A DNA stretch of 64,000 bases from Microcoleaceae cyanobacterium (GTDB lineage Bacteria; Cyanobacteriota; Cyanobacteriia; Cyanobacteriales; Microcoleaceae). The stretch's first letter is position 1. Every line of letters begins with the position of its first letter. The DNA is taken from positions 32,001-96,000 of the forward strand of contig JBOFUV010000148.1 of NCBI GenBank assembly GCA_051652765.1, in the 5' to 3' direction. Below are positions 1 through 7,243 of the stretch, one piece after another. The notes beneath the pieces were generated by a model, which searched no databases, had not been told where the DNA came from, and worked only from the letters and a program-made list of their open reading frames with translations. The position numbers were made by a program, and so were the translations under genes.

Positions 1-862
1 CAGCCCCAGAACGCAAGGCCAAGGTTCCAGCGGTGTGACGCAGGCTATGGGTGGATAAGGTTCTCCCTTGAGTATGTTTCAGTTCAGCTTGGTTGAGGTA
101 AGCGTCCACAATTAATCGCACCCCGCGACGGGACAGCCGTTGGCCTCCAGCCCGATTTCCCACGGCGATAAATAGCGGATCGGCAGACTTGAACTGTTCC
201 TCTGATTCACGAATCTCCAAATAACAGTTCAACAGTTCGGCAATGTCCGGAGTCAGAGGAACGACTCGAATACTGCGTTTGCCTTCTACCCGAATCCCCA
301 GATTCCGACCCTGTTTGACGATATCTGCAATATTGGCCCGGTGAAGTTCAACGGTTCGAGGCCCTTCCAAGGCCATAATAGCAATCAAAACCCGATCCCG
401 TGAGGTTTTCAAGGTTCCATCATTGGGAATTGTGGCGAAGAGTTGCTCAACTTCATCTTGTTCCAGATAGGTAATTCGTTCGGCTGGATCACGTTTTTCT
501 CTGGGCGGTTTCACTCCGGTTGCAGGGTTCATAGACAGTAACCCTTTGTCTACTGCTGCTTGATAGAACCGCCGTACCACCGAAAGTTTCAGAGCAATCG
601 TTGCAGGTTTGAATTTTTTGGTGTCTACCATCCAACGGCGATATTTTTTAATTCCTTCTTTGGTTACGGTGGCGGGAGGAAGCTGATGGCGATCACACCA
701 GATTAAAAATTGCAGGAGTTGGCGTTGATAAGTAGTTAAGGTGTCTTTGGAAGCATCCCCCGCCCCAACGTCAATTTCCAGAAAATCTGCAAATGCTGCC
801 AAAAGTTCATCTGTTGGAATCAGCGCGTTAGGTTCGAAAATTTGCAGGGGGGCAGTGAACAT
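1..862 (-). CDS. Tyrosine recombinase/integrase (XerC/D-like); 3' end runs off the window
   Basis: Not in the ORF track. Hand translation from ATG at 862: MFTAPLQIF...DTLTTYQRQL...KPATIALKLSVVRRFY...RDRVLIAIMALEGPRTVEL...VEGKRSIRVVPL...THSLRHTAGTLALRSGA. SAM-like N-domain, catalytic Arg, Lys loop and HxxR motif are visible. Confidence 0.92.
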   Translation of the reverse strand, partial: MFTAPLQIFEPNALIPTDELLAAFADFLEIDVGAGDASKDTLTTYQRQLLQFLIWCDRHQLPPATVTKEGIKKYRRWMVDTKKFKPATIALKLSVVRRFYQAAVDKGLLSMNPATGVKPPREKRDPAERITYLEQDEVEQLFATIPNDGTLKTSRDRVLIAIMALEGPRTVELHRANIADIVKQGRNLGIRVEGKRSIRVVPLTPDIAELLNCYLEIRESEEQFKSADPLFIAVGNRAGGQRLSRRGVRLIVDAYLNQAELKHTQGRTLSTHSLRHTAGTLALRSGA

Positions 863-1006
863 GTTAGGAAAATTCAGAGTCCAGAGCGTTAGGTTGCTGA
901 CATACCTCTATAGTGTCTCAAATCTGCTGTGAAGTCTCAACTTATTCTCGGAATCGGGCTGACTCCTGATCGGCTAAAGGGAGATGGCCGAGAATCTACT
1001 GACGAT

Positions 1007-1825
1007 TCAGAACAAAGTGCCCTGAACAATTTGCGGTTGTGGGTTGGCTGGTTTAGGTGGCCAAAATACACCAAGTACAACCCACTTATTGTAAGGAAAC
1101 ACTGTGCCCATAAAGAAAAGGGTATCCTTACTCTCGTTACACAATTCATCGAGAAACTTACGGTGGACACTTAATGCTGCTTGGTGTTCATCACCTAGTC
1201 GAACTACTTCATTCAACCAAAGTACGCCCAGTTCCCAGTCCTCAATCATCGCATTATGAGGTTTGTGGCTGTCAGCGCACTCAAAAACATAACTAAATTT
1301 GTACGGTATTTTGCGAAGAGGTTTTTGAACAGGCCCGAAGAGAGTTAATTGATCGAACAGAGCCTGCCATTTGGGTTTCCATTCTGAATCAGCAGGTTCA
1401 ATTTTTAAATCAAGCACCCTTGTCGGACGCACAATACCAAGAGATACATTTTCGGAATCATGTAATGAGCATAATTCCTTTACTGTATAGACAGGTATCC
1501 GATCAATGATTTGACGGCGCGCGCTCCACCCATTTTTTGTTGATAGTGGTTCTCCTAAAGCTCTTATTGTATCTAGATTTGGCTTTCTACTTTCCTTTCG
1601 TCGATCATTGCCTGCTCCATGTGGTAGAAGATCAACTTCTATCCACTGATATTTACGAAATTGTTGATTTCTTGGTCTATAGCGGTAGTCTACGGGGTAA
1701 AGTCGAATCCATTCACCCTGCTCAGTTACACCAGCAGTACACACCAGTTCTTGATAACCTCTCGATGGATGGGGATAGGTCATCACAGTGATAAGAACTT
1801 TGGTTCTTATTTCTTGATTGCTCAT
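1007..1825 (-). CDS. Conserved hypothetical protein, partner of the DUF488 protein (resembles dual-OB-type partners)
   Basis: Long ORF with a CTAGV...GEWIRLYP motif. ATG at 1825 overlaps the upstream stop (ATGA), implying translational coupling. Confidence 0.7.
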   Translation of the reverse strand: MSNQEIRTKVLITVMTYPHPSRGYQELVCTAGVTEQGEWIRLYPVDYRYRPRNQQFRKYQWIEVDLLPHGAGNDRRKESRKPNLDTIRALGEPLSTKNGWSARRQIIDRIPVYTVKELCSLHDSENVSLGIVRPTRVLDLKIEPADSEWKPKWQALFDQLTLFGPVQKPLRKIPYKFSYVFECADSHKPHNAMIEDWELGVLWLNEVVRLGDEHQAALSVHRKFLDELCNESKDTLFFMGTVFPYNKWVVLGVFWPPKPANPQPQIVQGTLF

Positions 1826-2694
1826 ACTGGACATCCTAAATGCTGAATTGGCATGTCAATCAAGGTTGTCAGATGCTGAGCAAGAACATTTCGATGACAG
1901 AATTTTGGGTCAGCTTCCATACAAACAAGAACACTAGGCTTAGATTTTAACAAGCCAGTTACATTCAGCAATGCATCCTCTCGTGAGGGAAGACTACTTC
2001 GATAATCATTAAAAAGAGACGTGTACTTATCGGAAGAACTTAGATCATCTCGTTCGGAACCAGGTATTCCTAGTTCGGGAAGATGCTGATAGTCTATTCC
2101 TAGAAAATTACATAGTCGTGCGAGTGTACTCTTATGAAAACCATAGCGTCTAGAGATCGGGTTGAAGCGAACATCGATTAGCTGTGAGATACCAGATTCC
2201 ATCAGAAGATTTAGAAACTCATCAACCGTTTTTCCTTCATAACCAGCAGTGTAGATAGCTTTCTGAGCAATGGGTCGTTTTTTCTTTCTTCTTCCAGGAA
2301 GATCACTGTTAACTGTAAACCAGGAATATTTGTCATAGACTAAATCAAGCAGCTCTTGACTTGATAAATTGCCATACTCAGTAGCAACATAATGGATGTC
2401 TTGAGCTACATTTCTAGGTAAATTAACATCGAACTTTTTCCCTAAATCCGTTAGGCTCCAACAATTATTGTTTCCTTTTTCTAAAAAGCCATTACGAATA
2501 AGTGAATCAGTTTCCTGATTTAGGGTAAAAGAGTAGGGTCCGTAACGATACGGGATGAACTGATAAAAAGTTTTTCCTCCGTGAGAAGCAGTTTCGTGAG
2601 ACAGCAAAAATGCCCACTTCATCACTTGCAAAGGAGATGCAGTAGATCCGACCTGCTGAAGAATCAGTAATAGAGCTTTTTGACGATGTAGCAC
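1822..2694 (-). CDS. Panacea/SocA (DUF4065)-like winged-helix domain fused to DUF488
   Basis: N-terminus has K-x2-F...F.PYRYGPYS. C-terminus has IYTAGYEG...LIDVRFNP.S...YQHLPELG...LVCMEADPKFCHR, typical of DUF488. Confidence 0.8.
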   Translation of the reverse strand: MLHRQKALLLILQQVGSTASPLQVMKWAFLLSHETASHGGKTFYQFIPYRYGPYSFTLNQETDSLIRNGFLEKGNNNCWSLTDLGKKFDVNLPRNVAQDIHYVATEYGNLSSQELLDLVYDKYSWFTVNSDLPGRRKKKRPIAQKAIYTAGYEGKTVDEFLNLLMESGISQLIDVRFNPISRRYGFHKSTLARLCNFLGIDYQHLPELGIPGSERDDLSSSDKYTSLFNDYRSSLPSREDALLNVTGLLKSKPSVLVCMEADPKFCHRNVLAQHLTTLIDMPIQHLGCPV

Positions 2695-2868
2695 TTTCTC
2701 ACTAAACTCAGAGTAGATTATTTATTCTACCTTCTCACAGGATAGCTGCGTTAAACAGTTTTATCTCTAAAGAGCATTGAAGACTTTTCGAAATTCCCCC
2801 GCGACTATATCTGAGAATCCTTGCCAGACGCTCAACAATGCCCATGCACCCGATCGCCTTTGTTTCAT

Positions 2869-2902
2869 TCTAATACCGATAATTACTCTTATCGGTATTA
2901 GA
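2869..2902. other. Perfect inverted repeat resembling a dif/Xer-type recombination site
   Basis: TCTAATACCGATAA-TTACTC-TTATCGGTATTAGA: 14-bp arms, 6-bp asymmetric spacer, ATAA-N6-TTAT core. Confidence 0.7.
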
Positions 2903-3341
2903 CTAAATCCTTGTCAAATCGATGTTTTGGCTTCTTTGGGGATTTTGGTATCATCCCAGCAGAACCAGAGAAAATGAGCAGACCAACCCCTGAATGCTAG
3001 TTCGACGTTGCCAACGCTGTTCAATTTCAGCTAAGACTTGAGGAATAGCCCGACGGCGCTTGGTTCATGGCTTGCAGTTTATTTTGCTTTACTTGTTAAT
3101 CATGCTATTCAACCTCAAAAGGCTCATGAACTCCCCCCTGAGCAAATCCCAACCGATGCAAGCGATGAATTGTCTGAATCACTCCCCGCGAGGACTAATA
3201 ATTAGCAATAATCCTAGGCTATTGTCCCAGACTTCGCATGTATCCTTTAATCCAGCAGTACTGAGGCTCAATAAATCCGGCTATACTGGAGTTGGAAGTA
3301 ACTCGACCCACAATGACATTGATTAACAGGAGTAAAACCTG

Positions 3342-3773
3342 ATGGAAGAACTAAAGCATCTGGCAACTTGGGTCAAAGAGCAGCACGCAGCGGAGTATAT
3401 TTTAACCTGGCTACTCAATCAGCCTGGAATTTGGTGGTCAAATGGAGAGGTTTATCAAGCTGCCGTTCAGAGATCAGGCAAACAGTTAAAAGAGTATGTC
3501 AAAAACAGTAAACAGGGTGGTTTATTTCAAGGAATTGCTGACAAGGTTGTCAGAGATGAAGTTTGGGATAATATTGCGGTGAGTCTCGCAACCGTGATTG
3601 CTGCTTACCAAGAAGAGTTAGTAAAATTGCAGGATCAAAATCGCTTACGAGTCGTATCCAAGGTGGATTTAGAACATCAAGATAGTAGCTCTAATCCTAA
3701 CGACCCTTGGATTGGCTTGAAAATTCAACAACCCTTGCCGAATCCCAATACAGATGCACTGACAGGGCGTTAA
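3342..3773 (+). CDS. Hypothetical protein
   Basis: 143-aa ORF with AGGAG upstream; no family recognised. Confidence 0.6.
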   Translation: MEELKHLATWVKEQHAAEYILTWLLNQPGIWWSNGEVYQAAVQRSGKQLKEYVKNSKQGGLFQGIADKVVRDEVWDNIAVSLATVIAAYQEELVKLQDQNRLRVVSKVDLEHQDSSSNPNDPWIGLKIQQPLPNPNTDALTGR

Positions 3774-3853
3774 CCAATCAAGGCGTTAACCCATCAAATT
3801 GAATCAGGGTTGACATCGTTTATAGACTTCGCTGTTGTTCTAACATCTATTCA

Positions 3854-4777
3854 ATGATGAGACGACTCACTGCTTTTTCAAGGATAGTTCCCGTTCCAGT
3901 CGGGCTAGGGTTGGCCCTGTGGGTTGCGTTGACCTTGAGTAACTGCACTTCTTCAACGCAACCTCAAGCTTTGACTGCTCCAGCCAATCCAGCAACAACT
4001 GCAAATCAGACAACCACTCCTCCCATTGCTGTGGCTGCAAATTCTACTGTACTCTGGGCAAATGACTTTACGGGAGATTGGCCAGCAGTTTGGCAAACCC
4101 GGAAAAAGGGGGCTTGGGGCTTGGATAATGCTCAAGTGATTCCCGCCGATTCCCGCCCGCAGTTTTCTAAAGCGCTACGGGTCTTTTATCCAGCCCTGTC
4201 TGCAAGTCCAAGTGTTTCGCGCAGTCAGGGAGTTCCCATTGGGGGAGTACAGTTCTACGCTGAGTTAGGAATACCGTCCAAAGATGCTTTAAAACTGAGT
4301 TACTTCGTACGATTTGCCGAGAATTTTGACTTTGTTAAAGGTGGAAAATTACCCGGATTATTCGGGGGAACTGAAACCAGTGGTGGAAATATTCCGGATG
4401 GTACGAATGGCTTTTCGACTCGGTTCATGTGGCGGAAACAAGGGGATGGTGAGGTCTATGCTTACCTCCCCAGCAGTGAAGAATATGGTACCTCGATTGG
4501 TCGGGGCGCTTGGCAATTTCAGCCCGGTGTGTGGCATCATCTGGAACAAGAATTGACTCTAAATCAACCCGGCCTTGAGAATGGTCGCATTCGAGTTTGG
4601 GTGGATGGTAAGTTGGTGTTGGATCGGGACAAACTAATGTTTCGGACAACAGAACAATTAAAAATTGAAGGGATCTTCTTCTCTACTTTCTTTGGGGGAG
4701 GAGATCCCTCTTGGGCAACCCCTAAAGATACTTATGTTGACTTTGCTGCTTTCTCAGTTTCATCCGTTGATGAGTGA
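3854..4777 (+). CDS. Polysaccharide lyase family 14-like (alginate/glucuronan lyase) lipoprotein
   Basis: FDFVKGGKLPGL, FSTRFMWR and FFSTFFGG motifs; hydrophobic signal ending LTLSNC (possible lipobox) and a Pro/Thr linker. Confidence 0.85.
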   Translation: MMRRLTAFSRIVPVPVGLGLALWVALTLSNCTSSTQPQALTAPANPATTANQTTTPPIAVAANSTVLWANDFTGDWPAVWQTRKKGAWGLDNAQVIPADSRPQFSKALRVFYPALSASPSVSRSQGVPIGGVQFYAELGIPSKDALKLSYFVRFAENFDFVKGGKLPGLFGGTETSGGNIPDGTNGFSTRFMWRKQGDGEVYAYLPSSEEYGTSIGRGAWQFQPGVWHHLEQELTLNQPGLENGRIRVWVDGKLVLDRDKLMFRTTEQLKIEGIFFSTFFGGGDPSWATPKDTYVDFAAFSVSSVDE

Positions 4778-4778
4778 C

Positions 4779-4876
4779 CATAGCAATCCTAGATCAATCA
4801 ATCATGAGAGATCTTAGAGAGGGGTTTGGAGATTTTGTCCCCAAACCCCGTTCACAAATTATTTGAGCTTGCTATA
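4779..4876. mobile_element. MITE-like element with an internal hairpin between convergent genes
   Basis: Ends ATAGCAATCCTAGATC... and ...TTCACAAATTATTTGAGCTTGCTATA are imperfect inverted repeats; internal GGGGTTTGG/CCAAACCCC stem. Confidence 0.5.
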
Positions 4877-4895
4877 CGCTTAAACACTCAAACGG

Positions 4896-7013
4896 TTACT
4901 GAGAATTGCTGGCGGGGGAAAATTGATAGGCAGGACTTGCTGCAGAAACAGTTGCCCCTCTGAGGGTGACGTATTCTAGAGTAATGTCTTGGGTCTGGTC
5001 TAACACAACCGGACGGCCATCCCCAACTAAGTCAACATCCCTGACCAAAGCATTGCTAACATTTCTAAACAGCACTCCATCTAAGGACGATGAGGGGCGA
5101 GACGATGTGATCTCAGGCGCAGTCCGCAGCGTGAATCCCCTGAGTTGAACATTTTTAATACTGCTGGCTTGATCGTTCGGCTGCACAATCCAGAATGCAG
5201 GTTGCTGAGTTGACCCAAAATGGGCTTGTAGAATGGTACGTTCAGCATCTTGTCCCCGAATCACAACATTACTGCGTTGGAGAATGATGGGCTGGAATAG
5301 ATCCAATTCTCCAATCGGCAGGTTGACTTGAATCAATCCGATATCTGGCAGTTGATCGATCAAAGCCTGAAGCTTCTGAGCATCGTCACGGCGATCATTA
5401 GAGACAACGCCATATTCGCTGGCGTTCACCACTTGAGTCATCTGCTCAATCGTAGGATCTTGCCGCTTCACCCACCATCCTTGCAGATCTTGCACAGGAG
5501 TTAGGACACCAAACCAACACCACAACAAGGCAACGAAAAAGATGACAACTTGTGTAGCCAGGAGAAAGCGGGAGACGGTCACTTGAAGGTGGCGCACCCA
5601 ACCCGACGCGCCCGCCGTAATCTTTTGATTGCCGCGATTGTTCCAGCTTTGCTGCGCCATATTCATCTGGTTCCAAACTTTGATCACCGATGAAGTCCAC
5701 TGGGTTGCCACCAGAATTGGAAAGTGAATGGGTTTGAGGTGGGAAGGTCGTCCCAAGAAAATAATTAACAACATTAAGGGACGGCTGAAACAGACCCAGG
5801 CAACAATAATTCCAGCAAACAGCCATTTTCCAGTGACTAAAGACAGAATTAGCAAGCCTGGAGTAATCAAGGATGTCCACATACTGATGCGTTGATCCAC
5901 CAAACACCACCAGGGAAACAGTCCAACCACGGAGGGGCCTAGGGAAATCGCCCGACTATTACTTCGCAGCATATTTCCAAACCATCGCCGCATGTTGCTA
6001 TAAGCCCGTTGTACTACTGATCCAGAGTGAGTTTCTAGGGAATTCACAATCACATCAGGCACGTAAATCATTTCATAGCGCCATCGCAGGAGAGAGTACC
6101 AAGTACTTTTGTCATCTCCTGATAAAAATTTGAAGCGACCCCACAGCCAGTCATCCAAGGAGTCGTTCTCAAGCTGATGAATAAAGTCAGGGTGAAAGGT
6201 TGCTCGGGAATGAAATAAAGAAAACCGCCCTGTCAGGCAAAGCACCTTACGAGAAAGGGCCATAGAACACATTTGATAGTGGCGTTGGGCAAATCGCAGA
6301 TGAAACCATTCAGAAAAAACATAGGAGCCTTTGACAACGGGCATTTCATCCGTAGTTAAGGCTCCTAACTTGGGAAACAGACGAAAGAAGGGTAAACACC
6401 CGCGTAACGTTCCTGGGCCAAGTTCAGTATCCCCGTCCATGAGAGCTACGATGGTATCTTCAGGTAATCCCAGATTTCGTAGCTCTTTGAGGCTGTCGGC
6501 CATGGCTTTGCGCTTGCCATCCTTTTGGGTCATCAGAAACAGTTGAATATGCTTTAGACCCGGATCATACTCTTCTAGAAGCTGGCGAATGGCGGCATTT
6601 TCTTCGTCACTGCTACTATTCACCAAAACCGTAACCGGATGAGCTAACGTTTTGGCCTCAGCAACAATAGACTGATAAACGAGTTCATTGACCCACATTT
6701 TTTCTTTGTATGTGGGAACCATAAAACACATATGAGGCAGGTCTTCTACTGGAACCTCACTCGCTCGCTGTCGCCACCGGGGAAATATAACATGGAGATA
6801 AAAGCGGCTCCGGAGGACTTGAAACATGAACCAAGACCAGCGCCAAAGTCCTACAATACCCATTCCAACTACACCGGACATTCCCATCTCTGCCAGTTTC
6901 GCTGGATCGCGCAATAAGACCAGACTGAAAAATCCAACGGCAGAAATGAGTAACATCCCGACCCAACTCTGGCTTTGGCTGGGTTGCTTATCGTCAACAA
7001 CTGTACTTGTCAT
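4896..7013 (-). CDS. alg8: Alg8-like GT2 alginate/mannuronan polymerase with a C-terminal right-handed beta-helix domain
   Basis: GKRKAMA, DGDT, LTTDE, LRFAQRH..MCSMALSRKVL.LTGR, FKFLSGDDKS, RRWFGNMLR and DQRISMWTSL closely match Alg8 motifs. C-terminal VNASEYGVVSNDRRDDAQKLQALID is a pectate_lyase_3-type start. Confidence 0.85.
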   Translation of the reverse strand: MTSTVVDDKQPSQSQSWVGMLLISAVGFFSLVLLRDPAKLAEMGMSGVVGMGIVGLWRWSWFMFQVLRSRFYLHVIFPRWRQRASEVPVEDLPHMCFMVPTYKEKMWVNELVYQSIVAEAKTLAHPVTVLVNSSSDEENAAIRQLLEEYDPGLKHIQLFLMTQKDGKRKAMADSLKELRNLGLPEDTIVALMDGDTELGPGTLRGCLPFFRLFPKLGALTTDEMPVVKGSYVFSEWFHLRFAQRHYQMCSMALSRKVLCLTGRFSLFHSRATFHPDFIHQLENDSLDDWLWGRFKFLSGDDKSTWYSLLRWRYEMIYVPDVIVNSLETHSGSVVQRAYSNMRRWFGNMLRSNSRAISLGPSVVGLFPWWCLVDQRISMWTSLITPGLLILSLVTGKWLFAGIIVAWVCFSRPLMLLIIFLGRPSHLKPIHFPILVATQWTSSVIKVWNQMNMAQQSWNNRGNQKITAGASGWVRHLQVTVSRFLLATQVVIFFVALLWCWFGVLTPVQDLQGWWVKRQDPTIEQMTQVVNASEYGVVSNDRRDDAQKLQALIDQLPDIGLIQVNLPIGELDLFQPIILQRSNVVIRGQDAERTILQAHFGSTQQPAFWIVQPNDQASSIKNVQLRGFTLRTAPEITSSRPSSSLDGVLFRNVSNALVRDVDLVGDGRPVVLDQTQDITLEYVTLRGATVSAASPAYQFSPASNSQ

Positions 7014-7243
7014 AGGGTTTCAGGCAAATTTTGTGATTTCAAGTCAGCAATTCAAATCTGCACTCTGGGTCTGCACTCTTCTGGGTCTGCGCCTTAATAA
7101 AGCTCTGAACCTCAGGGTCAGATACTGCAGACTTTTCAGCGGGCACAATCCTTCTAAGACTATCTGTCGCCGGGGTTTGACTCTCATAGAGAAGACTCTC
7201 ATATAGGACATGTCTAAACCCTGAAAAGTTGGGGAGCAATCTA

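Noticed and set aside
741..1846. Short ORFs overlapping the recombinase and the 1007-1825 gene
   Set aside because: Antisense or alternate-frame shadows of better-supported genes, with no motifs. The same applies to most <130-aa track ORFs inside long genes across the window.
2700..3340. tRNA gene or tRNA-derived att site for the recombinase
   Set aside because: No cloverleaf or complete T-arm/CCA end recognised; 'gttcga' at ~3000 lacks supporting stems.
4896..5460. Calling the Alg8 C-terminal domain a mannuronan C5-epimerase
   Set aside because: It is too short and lacks the DPH catalytic motif.
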